64,000 bases of DNA. It comes from Iphione sp. A-MEVVRFRX5. Lineage: Eukaryota. Position numbers and translations under genes: made by a program. Where the stretch lies: positions 43,090,001-43,154,000 of the forward strand of contig OZ320315.1 of NCBI GenBank assembly GCA_976226885.1, given 5' to 3'. The notes beneath the pieces are model-generated. The model saw only the letters and a program-made list of their open reading frames with translations, was not told where the DNA came from and ran no database searches. Position 1 is the stretch's first letter; the number at the start of each line of letters is the position of its first letter. Below, piece after piece: positions 28,006 to 39,000 of this stretch.

Positions 28006-29772
28006 TTAGGAGTCAATACAACAGTGTATAAAGTCAGTGGTAAAGTTTTATATCAAGACTTTTAATATGCAATAATAAACAGCAAATCCCGAAAACGTAT
28101 TCGCCTTGACACTTGTTTGCATTGATGCTTGTCACAAGTAGTTAAATGCTTGCCATCTGATGCCTCTACGGGAGATACTACTCTGAGAATCAGTTCAAAA
28201 AGCTGTCCATCGAGAACATGCTGTTCTATTGTTTTGATATGCAAACAACTCCTTCATTCCCTTAGCTCTGCGTTGTCCTCCACACAGAGCAACAGTCACC
28301 TCAGTTGATTAGCAACATGGATGAAGCGATAGGAAAGTTTCATTATCAAAGGACCACTGTGCGATTTTATGTTAGCCCCTAGTGGTGACCCTGGGCCTGG
28401 CGCTCTGACGGCAGTTCCAAAGCCAGTGCCCCACGTTGTGAAACTAGGGCAGGACCGTGTACTGCCTCAGTCCTCGCTGCATGTATTTTACTCCTCGGCC
28501 TGTGCAGTTTCAGAGCCAGTGAATACACGATTGTACCATACATCTTCACTGTGGGGTGACAGTAAAGGATGCATAGAAGAACAGAAAGAATAAAGCATAA
28601 TGGCTTTTCCATTGACATTTTTTAGCGGTTATCAGCCCTGTCCAAACCGGCTATGCTTCAATATTGATCCCATCACTTGACAGCCGACCAATTTGATGGG
28701 ACAGATAACCGACGAGGAACTGCATGGGGGGTGGCCCTAAAGACTGCCGTTGATTGCAGCGTTTAATGTGTGTAGTTCAAGTGTACATGTAGTTGACATA
28801 CAGTTGTTATTCAGAAAGACCAGGACCCTTCATTGTTTGCTATTTGCCAACACCCATACCTTGGATTGTTGAGCACCTTTCTCCCCGTTTTTGCAGCTTA
28901 CACTGCTTACGAGCCTCCGGGAATAGTATGGCCTTACCATAAATCCTTCCGTTTTTTATTTATGTTTACGTGTTTATAGAAGGAAGCGAAATTAGCGTCC
29001 ATGGCGCGTCCGTGGCGCGTCACTGCCGCTTTCAAATTGTTATTGTTCAGACCTTTTTGTATTTTTGACATATTTTTCTCCCAAGCGAAGCATTTTTTTG
29101 TGGGGGTTCCGAACCGGCAAGTCCTTTGATCATTGTCTCCTCAACGATAGTGTAAGACATCATTTCCTTGGAAATGACCAATCATCGTTTATGTAGGTTC
29201 ATGTAAGATGGAGTGAGAAAAAAGTCCCAAACAGCCTGAACAAATCTGTTGACATGTTTATTATTTCCCCACGGAATGTTTGTGCTTGTTGTGGCACTTG
29301 ATATAATGGAGTCTGCAGACGCGTTCCATAGCAACCCCCACTGGTCCATGAATTCAGGGACTTGGTAGATGTTTACCAAAAATGCTGTCAGTACGCCGGG
29401 CATAAATCATAATCAGTCCTTTTCCTGGAAAATAGCAAGGGGTGATAAATGATGTTTAGATCCCAGCAGGTGATTCTTAGACTTAATCATCATCATCATG
29501 ACCCCAGTGGAAACCCCAGCAGCTTTTCGATAGCCTTTAGTGGCACCTGTAAGTCTGTGCGATCCTTTGGTCTGCTAGAAAGTATTCTGCCGAGAGTAAA
29601 ACTTGGTCTTTAACTGGAGTGAGGCCGGTCTAAGTTGTGATTCACGCATAAGCCCCACTGAGGTATTGATATTGAACAGAGGTCAAAACAGTGACGTTCA
29701 GACAGCCAGTGTTGTCACTGGCCATGACGGATGGGGGGAGGACTGTACACTGTCAGATCATCTCATTAAGAG

Positions 29773-30044
29773 AACCACTTAGTTAAACGAGTTTACGAAG
29801 TTTGACTACGGTTAATCTAGTGATAAAAGTGACGTCATATCAAGGGATGAGCTGTGCGCTATCTAGCCATTATTTGCCAATTCCGTGGTGCCGGGATACA
29901 GGACCCAGAGGGCCGGGAAGGGAGCCATTCCGTGTGCGTCAAGTGACGTCTCGGTAGCTGCCAGGGCGGGCCCTTGATATGACGTCACTTTTATCACTAG
30001 ATTAACCGTAGTCAAACTTCGTAAACTCGTTTAACTAAGTGGTT
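29773..30044. mobile_element. 272-bp foldback/MITE with 74-bp perfect inverted repeats
   Basis: 29773-29846 is the exact reverse complement of 29971-30044. Shares GGTTAATC..GTGA..AGTGACGTCAT.CAAGGG and a 31-bp internal block (29841-29871 = revcomp 36233-36263) with the adjacent large element. Confidence 0.85.
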
Positions 30045-31467
30045 AATCACGTGATCAGTGACGTCATCCAAGGGATGCTTTGTCTATTTCGCCTGTATCC
30101 CTGCACCACCTGGGTGATGACTGAGACCCCCAAGAACAGGGGGTGTGCCGTTATCACCCTGATAATCCAACAGTGAATTTGCGGGAGACTGAGTCGTAGT
30201 AAGTTCAATAAAGGCATCAGCCCGGTTTTTATTCCTGAATGCAAAACCATCAGCAATAAACAAATGCAACCACTACAACTTCCCTATCGTGTAGGCGGCC
30301 CTATCAGTCTATGGGCCGTTCCAGGGTCTACTGTCCCAATAAAGCCCCACATGGGCCCAAATTGAGAAAAAATATTTGGTGTGTTGGTCTTTATTTCTGA
30401 ATCAAAACCATTCCAATGGATGAGGGGGGGGCAGCAGTAATACGCAAAGAACCTGTTGAGCAGTGTAATTTGGAGGTGCTGACACCCGTTAAGTGTACTG
30501 TGTACTAACTTCCTATGAGCAGTTTGTGCTGTCTGCGCACTCTCTGGTGTCTTAGATGGGTGGCCGTCGGGCAAGGCCCCTTGTGGCCGGACTCGTCCGT
30601 GGCTGCGATGTGGGTCGCTAGGTGTTTGTAGACCCCAAGCGGCTTGTCCTCAAGTGATTGGGGTGTCCGCATTAGATTGCCCGCCGTATCTCTTGGGGGT
30701 TGGGGGCGCTGGCAGGCCGGGCCGTGCCAGCATCCCGGTCGGGGTAGGGGTCAGCTCACTTCGTACCTACAAGGTCTGCACCCTCTGCCCCGGGCCGGGT
30801 AGCTCCGTCTTATGGTGGAGGCCCCCCTGTCAGGGGTGTGTGGGCACTACCCAAGCTGGCTAATCCGCTAGCGGCTGGGCTACTTCCCAGGCCTCCTTGC
30901 TACTCGCCTCAGCACAACTTGGCTCAGTGCGACCCATGGATGGGCCTTGTGGCGCGTGGTTGCATGGCGTAGGCACGGTCTTCCCTCAGTGGTAACGGTG
31001 CCGGCGCTGTTGCAGGGTACCACCTGAGTGGGGCTAAGCCCCCATCGCCACCAGTGTTTCTGGTTGGGCTCAGCCTGAAAATTGCACACCCTCCTAGGGT
31101 GGGGGCCCGACATCCCTAATCAGCTGTTTTGAACTACCTTACTGGGTGAGGCCATCCCATCTCCAGCAGCCCTACCGGCTATCTGTTCCCGCCCCCCCCC
31201 TCTTTTCCCGGAGGGGTGTTGGCGTAATTGATCATATGTCCCATCTCTTCATAGCTGTTGAAGGGCCTCGTCCGAGTGACACGTCCCCAGCGCTTGGCTG
31301 GGGGCCCTTGGGTTCATGGCCAGTGTCAGGCCGGAATGGTAATTTTTTTTTGGGTGGTGGTCCATCTAGTTAGACAAGTTTTAACGACGTTTGACTACTG
31401 GCCTTGCATGTCTGCCCCAAGCCCAGGGCTGAATAGGTCCCCTGGTGGCAGTGCCTGAGCCAGCCCC

Positions 31468-34400
31468 AGCTCCGCAATAGAGATTCGTAGAACTGATGCG
31501 TCTTAGACATTGCGTAGCAGGCCGGGGGGTCTATGCCAGTCCAATGAGAAAATTTTTAAAAAGGGACAAGACCAGTGTTTTGTGTCCCCTGGTGGCTCTG
31601 GTACATCCCAACTCACACCAGGTGTCCGTGAGGCCCAGAAGGGCAGGACTGGCAAGTTTTGTGATGATCCGCAGCCGTTGCATGTCTGCACGAAAAAACC
31701 ACCCAAATCTCCGCAACGAGAGCTCGTAGAGCGAAACGGATTTCACCGTCGCGTTGTGGGCCAGACGATCTATGCTGATCCACTGAAAGAATTAAGAGGC
31801 AGAAACAGGGTTTTTACCCCTCCCCTGGTGGTTCTGGCACCCCCAAACTCGCCCCGGGCACCCGTAGGGCCCTCTGGGAAAGGGCTGGCAAGTTTAGTGG
31901 TGATCCAGGGACATTGTATGTCCGCACAAAACCACCCATATCTCCGCAATGGGGGTTCATAGGGCCAAACGGATTTCGCCGTCATGTTGCGGGTCGCGAG
32001 GTCTATATAGGTTCGTTGAAAGAAATTAAGTGGGCAAAACTGTCGTTTTTGCCACCCCTGGTGGTCATGGCTCTTCCGAACTTGCTCTGCACATGTACCA
32101 GGCCCCTGAGGGCAGGACTGGCAAGTTTGGTGGTGATATGGGAGCCTTGCGGTTCTGCACAAAGCCACCCATTGCTCCGCAACTAGAGCTCGTAGAGCAA
32201 AACGGATTCCATCCTCGTGTTGCGGGCCGAGTGATCTATATAGATCTGGTGAGAACTTTAAGTGGACAAAACCATCGTTTTTCCAACTCCTGGTGGTTGT
32301 GGCACCTCCAAACTCGCTCTGGACGTCCCCAGAACCCCCAAGGGTAGGACTGGCAAGATTGGTGGTGATGCGGAGGCTTTTCGGTTCCGCACAAAACCGC
32401 CTGTAGCTCTGCAACGAGAGCTCGTAGGGCAAAACGGATTTCCCTATCTTCTTGCGGGCCAAGAGATCTATATAGCTCCGATGAAGAAATTGAGTGGACA
32501 AAACCATAGTTTTTGTCTCTCCTGGTGGTTGTGGCACCCCCAAACTTGCTCTGGACGCCCGTGGAGCCCCAGAGGGTAGGACTGGCGAGTTTGGTGGCGA
32601 TCCGGGAACCTTGCGGTTCCGCATAGAACCACCGGTAGCTCCGCAACGAGAGCTTGTAGAGCCAAACGGATTTCACCATCTTGTTGTGGGCCAAGAGGTC
32701 TATACCGATCCGATGAAAAATTTAAGTGGACAAAACGTCGTTTTTGTCTCTCCTGGTGGTTGTAGCACCCCCAAACTCGCACTGGATGTCCCTGGGACCC
32801 CAGAGGGTAGGACTGCCGAGTTTGGTGGTGATCCGGGAACCTTGCGGTACTGCACAAAACCACCCATAGCTCCGCAACCAGGGCTCGTAGAGCACAACGG
32901 ATTTCACCATAGTGTTGCGGGCCAAGAGGTCTATATAGATCCGGTGAAAGGATTAAGTGGACAAAAACGTCGTTTTTGTCTCTCCTGGTGGTTGTAGCAC
33001 CCCCAAACTCGCTCCTGACGTCCGTGGGGCCCCCCAGGGTAGGACTGGCGAGTTTGGTGGTGATCCGAGAACCTTGCGGTTCCGCACAAACCCACCGATA
33101 ACTCCGCAACGAGGGCTCGTAGAGCAAAACGGATTTCACCATCAAGTTGCGGGCCAAGAAATCTATATAGATCCGATGCAAATTTGAAGTGGACAAAAAC
33201 GTCATTTTTTGTCTCTCATGGTGGTTGTAGCACCCCTAAACCTCGCTCCAGACGTCTGTTGGTCCCCAGCGGGTAGGACTGGCGAGTTTGGTGGTGATCC
33301 GGGAACCTTGCGGTTCCACCCAAAACCACCGATAGCTCCGCAACAAAAACTCGTAGAGCAAAATGGGTTGCACCATCGTGTTGCGGGCCAGGAGACCCAT
33401 ATAGGTCCGACGAGAGAATTAAGTGGACGAAAGCATCGTTTTTGTCTCTCCTGGTGGCTGTGGCACCCCCAAACTCGCTCCGGGCGTCCGTTGGGCCCCA
33501 GAGGGTAGGACTAGCGAGTTTGGTGGTGATCCAGGAACCTTGCGGTTCCGCACAAAACCACCGATAGCTCCGCAACAAGAGCTCATAGAGCAGAACGGAT
33601 TTCACCAACGTGTTGCGGGCCAGGGGATCTAAATAGATCCGATGAGAAAATTAAATGGGCAAAGACGTTGTTTTTGTCTATCCTGGTGGTTGTAGCACCC
33701 CCAAACTCGCTCGGAACGTCCGTGCGGCCCCTGAGGGTAGGACTGGCGAGTTTGGTGGTGATCCGGGAACCTTGCGGTTCCGCACAAAACCACCCATAGC
33801 TCCGCAACGAAGGCTCGTAGAGCAAAACGGATTTCACCATCGTGTTGCGGGCCACGAGATCTATATAGATCTGACAAGATAATTAAGTGGACAAAAACGT
33901 CATTTTTGTCTCTCCTGGTGGTTGTAGCACCCCCCAAGCTCGCTCCTAGCATCCGTGGGGCCCCAGCGGGCAGGACTGGCGAGTTTGGTGGTGATCAAGG
34001 AACCTTACGGTTCTGCACAAAACCACCGCTAACTCCGCAACGATGGCTCGTAGAGCAAAACGGATTGCACCATCGTGTTGCGGGCCAAGAGATTTATATA
34101 GGTCCGATGAGAAAAATAAATGGACAAAACCAATGTTTTTGTCTATCCTGGTGGTTGTAGCACCCCCAAACTCGCTCCGAACGTCTGTGGAGCCCCAGAG
34201 GGTAGGGCTGGCAAGTTTGGTGGTGATCCGGGAACCTTGGGGTTCTGCACAAAACCACCTATAGCTCCGCAACGAAGGCTCGTAGAGCAAAACGGATTTC
34301 ACCATCCTGTTGCGGGCCAGGGGATCTATATAGATCCAACGAGAAAGTTAAGTGGACAAAAACGTCGTTTTTGTCTCTCCTGGTGGTTGTAGTACCCCCA

Positions 34401-34793
34401 AACTCGCTCCGGTTGTCCGTGGGGGCCCAGAGGGTAGGGCTGGCGAGTCTGGTGGTGATACGGGAACCTTGCGGTTCCGCACAAAAAACCACCGATAGCT
34501 CCGCAACGAGAGCTCGTAGAGCAGAACGGATTTCACCATCGTGTTGCGGGCCAACCGATCTATATATGTCCGATGAGAAAACTAACTGGACAAAAACGTT
34601 GTTATTGTCTCTCCTGGTGGTTATGGCGCCTCCAAACTCGGTCCAAATGTCCGTAGAGCCCCTGAGGGTAGGACTGGTGAGTTTGGTGGCGATCCGACGA
34701 TATTGCGGTACTGCACAAAACCACCAATAGCTCCGCAACGGAGGCTTGTAGAGCAAAACGGGTTGCACCATCGTGTTGCGGGCCAGGAGATCT
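31468..34793. repeat. Tandem satellite array, ~232-bp unit, ~14 copies
   Basis: The marker AGGGTAGGACTG recurs at 32341, 32573, 32804, 33036 and onward (231-232 bp spacing). The leftmost units are the most diverged. Confidence 0.97.
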
Positions 34794-35669
34794 GTAAGGA
34801 TCGACTCTTAGCTAAAAAACCCAGAGTCTGTCCAGTTTTTGTAGAAAACTTGTTTTGGAGATCTTGCTGAAGTCTAGATGCTTGAAGGCTTGAGAAGTCT
34901 GAAGGCAGCTGGAGTCTTGCGAAGTCTTGTTGGAGTCTTGAGAGCGTCTTGTAGTCTTGGTGCTCAAGAACGGCTCCAACTCAAGAGCCGTTGTAGCTAC
35001 GGACCTGAAATTTGGTATGCATATACCCAAGGTCTAGACACAGGTGCCACAGAAGTTTGAACAATGTTGAACAACTTCGGGATATTTGTTGTCCGAGACA
35101 CTGCGGAGTGCGTTTTCGCGCACCAGAAAAACCGCTATAAGTTCGGCAAAAATTGTTGCATCGCCTTGATTTTTGGTATGTACATAGCCCCGAGTACAGC
35201 GCAAGTGCTCTGCGAATTTTTGCCCAATCGGCCAACGGCGGGCCGAATGCGGGGTGGGGGAGTCCTAGCTCCTCGTTGATGCACCGGGGGCTTCTTTTTG
35301 CGCGAAAAGCGCCGTTATTTCTGTTACATAAGCGGGAGTATCTCCCGAGTAACTGACTGCAGTGGCAGTTACATCAGAGCAACGGCGACGCGGTAGTGAC
35401 GCGGTGACGGGCGGGTGACCCAGATTTTCAAACTGACGTTGTGACCGTTAGATTGGCATTCTGGCGCCAGAATTTGAACTGAACACTGTGGGCCAGCCAG
35501 GCAACCGTTGACCCAATTTTGGGCGTCCTCGGACCAACTTCGATTTTTTGGTCTTTTTTGGACTCAAGAATGCTCTTGGCCTCGAGGATTTACTTCTGTG
35601 ATGCACAGTTACCTCCAGAGGACTTTTTCTCCCAGGATTTAGCCCATATGGGAACCTTTGAGGAGAGGT

Positions 35670-36017
35670 CAGGTGTGACTCCACCTGGCTCCGAGGATTT
35701 ATACCTGGGGATTCAACAGGCTACCTCAAGGAGACTTTCTCCCAGGATTTATACACACATTTCTGCATGTGACCTGAAGGAGACTTCTGGCAAGGCAAGG
35801 GACGTTACCAACGTGTAACCAGGCCAGGTGCACTCCTATGTGCAGTAAAACAGGTGTTACTCCACCTGGCTCCGAGGATTTATACCTGGGGATTCGACAG
35901 GATACCTCAAGGAGACTTTCTCCCAGGATTTATACACACATTTCTGCATGTGACCTGAAGGAGACTTCTGGCAAGGCAAGGGACGTTACCAACGTGTAAC
36001 CAGGCCAGGTGCACTCC
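35670..36017. repeat. Near-identical tandem duplication, 181-bp period, 2 copies
   Basis: CAGGTGT(G/T)ACTCCACCTGGCTCCGAGG...CCAGGTGCACTCC at 35670-35836 and 35851-36017. Confidence 0.95.
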
Positions 36018-39000
36018 AGTGCAGCCAAAGGTAAGTGATCTTGGCAAAAATCACCCTTTGACCAAAAGTTTTGCATACCAGGACTAAAGTCAGCCAGAAG
36101 GGGGGGCCTCATTCAATCCTTGTACACAACGGTTGTGCCTTCCCCCTACAACACTTGCTGTAGGGTGAAAACACGGCTAGGTTACTGGAGCATGCGTACG
36201 GTACGTCCGCACACTCCAAGCAACAAGCACAGAATGGCTAGATAGCGCACAGCTCATCCCTTGGATGACGTCACTGATCACGTGATTAACTATTAACCTC
36301 CATAGATTACCACCACGTCCGATTTTACCGCCACACGCAGCCATTTTATCGATGGCATCGAGGAGGACTTTCTCCGGATTTTCTAGAGGCTGAATTCCTA
36401 GGTCACGAAATCCAGTGATCAGATTTCCTTCACGCTCATATTTCCCAAACAAAATACTTACGACATGGACGTGGGAAGGGGCGCGTGCGCCTTTGACTGG
36501 AGGTTCAACTCCATGCGTGTCACATGGTCATTTTTTTTTGTTCTAAAAGCCTTCATGGTGCAAGGAGGACAATGTGCTAATGATGTCGTTCATGAAAATT
36601 GGGAGCATTATTTGGTAGTCCTCACGGAAATGGTGACTCAAACTCGTCATAACCCTGTCGTAACCTCGGCGATGATTAAGTTGCGTCGCGATAGGGATGC
36701 CTTCCGTGACCCATAAAAGCTTTTTAATGAAAGATTTTTGTCATATAGTAGCAACTGACAGCTCTTGTCTTGTAGTGGGCCGACTACAGGACCTGCACAG
36801 AGACTCCTGAAGACAGTAGAGCCTCTGAATGCGTTTTTTTTTCACCTGTTGGACTAGTGTGACTTACATTTGATTTTAATTTTAGTGTGAAGTGTCTGGT
36901 ATTACAGGACTGATTTAAGATTATATTAACGAGTCCTGATCCATTTGTCTTGTCTGGTTCTGACAAAGGAGCAGAAAGAACCTTAACACGCCAAGATATC
37001 TTTTCGGAAATTGGAATTCTGTTAAATCAGTAATAGAATCTGAACTGAGACTATCTGAACAAGAAGGGTAGGCGGCGCACCCAGAGAAACTAAATACATT
37101 CATCCGGGGCCTATTCGGCAAGCCTTCTGGGTGGTCAGGTGCTGGGGGTACGGACGGCTAACCACAATAGACTACGCTCCGTCCCTTGTATGCATTACAA
37201 GTGACCCATCAAGGAAGGTTTGCCCCCGAGGACACCCATGTTTTTTTTTGTGTTCTGTAAAAACTCGCAGCTTCTTGGAGTTTCTTCAAGTAACGTCAAG
37301 AAGCTCCAAACTAGTCATTACTTCTGTTCCTCTGAATTGTATATCCTCACCGACAAATAGAAATGGCAATACAAGATACAGTTTGGTCGTCTGCCTGTCT
37401 CCACCCCCACCTCCACCTCCACCCCTGTTTCTATCTTCCCTTTTTTAAAAGCACAGCAATTGCCTGATCTACGGTAAGTGCGTATACAGTGCTGAAAATC
37501 CATCAGCATCATGTCGGAATCGTATTTTAATTATGTTAAATGGAACTTGGCTATTTGCTGCGGAACATATGCAGCCTTTTGAGTTGATGGCTGAGAAGTT
37601 TGCATGGTCTTTTCAATGAAAGTCAGTCGTTGCTGAGATCTTTATGGTTTTGTAGGGGGAAATGACCGTTCTCAAGAGGGTGGGATTTACACACCAGAAA
37701 TGACTGAAGAAGGGCCTTCTGGCCGGGCCATGAGAGTTTGGGTTGGTTGACTTCGTTCGGATATGACCCGGGTTGACCCTGTCCGCGTCGGTTTGGCGTC
37801 CACGGCGGGACATTCCCAGGTTTATGACTTACAAACCAGCTGATAATTTTGCAGTCCAGCATCTCTGTGATGTTTCATGTTGTGTCGGAGTGATTGGTTA
37901 ACGCCGACGGCTGCATGAAAGGGTATTTTTAACGTAAGTGCAACGTGTAGCAAATAACGAAAATCACCCACGGTGACCCACGTACGTGAACAAAATCAAC
38001 AAAGACCATAGATCACGACAGTTTCACTGTGTTATGTTACTTTAGTGAACTAATGCAATTTATTTGCTCACGTATCGCATATGGTTCGAGACTTAGCACA
38101 GAGAAAGCGTTGCTTGTCCCTAGGCTTTGGCTTAACAAGTTTTAACATACACACGCACATAAATGTACACTGTTCTACCCTCTGTGCACTTGATCCCCGA
38201 GTTTATATTCCGTCCTAATCATAATCGCTTCAGCATGACGTACACCGTAATCGCGAGGCTCCATAAAACACGGTTAGTAAGAGCGCTATGAAATTTTGAG
38301 CACTTTTAATGTTCCCTGATGGTATATCAATATGGTGGAGTTGTCTATCTATCTCCGCCCTTTAACACGCTTGACGCTCACACCGGTGCCTGGCAGGAAC
38401 GCCGATAATGAATGAAGCATGCCGTTCACACTTTCCCCGACGGGGGAAAAAATGGCGGAATGTATGGCAATCCTCTAGCACTAGATGCCTGTCAATCGCT
38501 TCACATATCACATCTTTTTTTACTCGTAACTGAACCTCTCAGAATTTTCTGAGTGGCTTACGACAGGTAATCTGTATATCGTAATCTTTTGATTATGAGC
38601 GAACCGTTCAGTATGGAATTGAAATTGTGCAGAAATTTTCAGCTGTGCAAAAAAAAACCAACTCCGAAACAAAACTACATACATGTACATGTTTTTTCTC
38701 TGCACTTCTATCTCTATTTCTCCCCAGGGAACTTTGGAACAAGGAATGCGTCCGCCCAAAACGTTTTCTATATCCACAGAAACAGATCAGATACTGTGGG
38801 GAGAAGAAACAACAAAAGCTCTATTGGGGTACATTGAGATCTGCAGTTTATTTTCCAAGTGATAACATTGACAGAAAAGATGGCCCCAGGAAACGTGGCA
38901 CTCACAGCATGGTCTGCACTCCTCACTGGCCGCGCCACCCAAGTCGACTGACTGCTGGAGGAGACGCACCTAACATATGGGACGGAGGAGACCACGCCTA

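Larger units (their letters stand above)
30042..36290. mobile_element. 6.25-kb non-autonomous TIR-bounded element, superfamily unassigned
   Basis: Perfect 36-bp inverted repeats at 30042-30077 (GTTAATCACGTGATCAGTGACGTCATCCAAGGGATG) and 36255-36290. No transposase ORF inside; interior is a GC-rich block, a satellite and a 181-bp duplication. Confidence 0.7.

Noticed and set aside
31496-34771. Many long overlapping ORFs (up to 284 aa) on both strands
   Set aside because: They arise from the GC-rich 232-bp satellite. Unit length is not a constant multiple of 3, frames shift between units, and no domain is recognisable.
31468-34793. Hammerhead ribozyme/retrozyme array (CCGATGA-GAAA resembles CUGAUGA...GAAA)
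   Set aside because: No stem II between the boxes, U4 is replaced, and the motif varies freely among units (CCGGTGA, CCGATGC, CTGACAA, CCAACGA). No core on the minus strand.
38449-38458. YY1-like AAAATGGCGG (similar motifs near 40310 and 48481) as promoter marks
   Set aside because: Short motifs are expected by chance or within repeats; no linked gene structure found.
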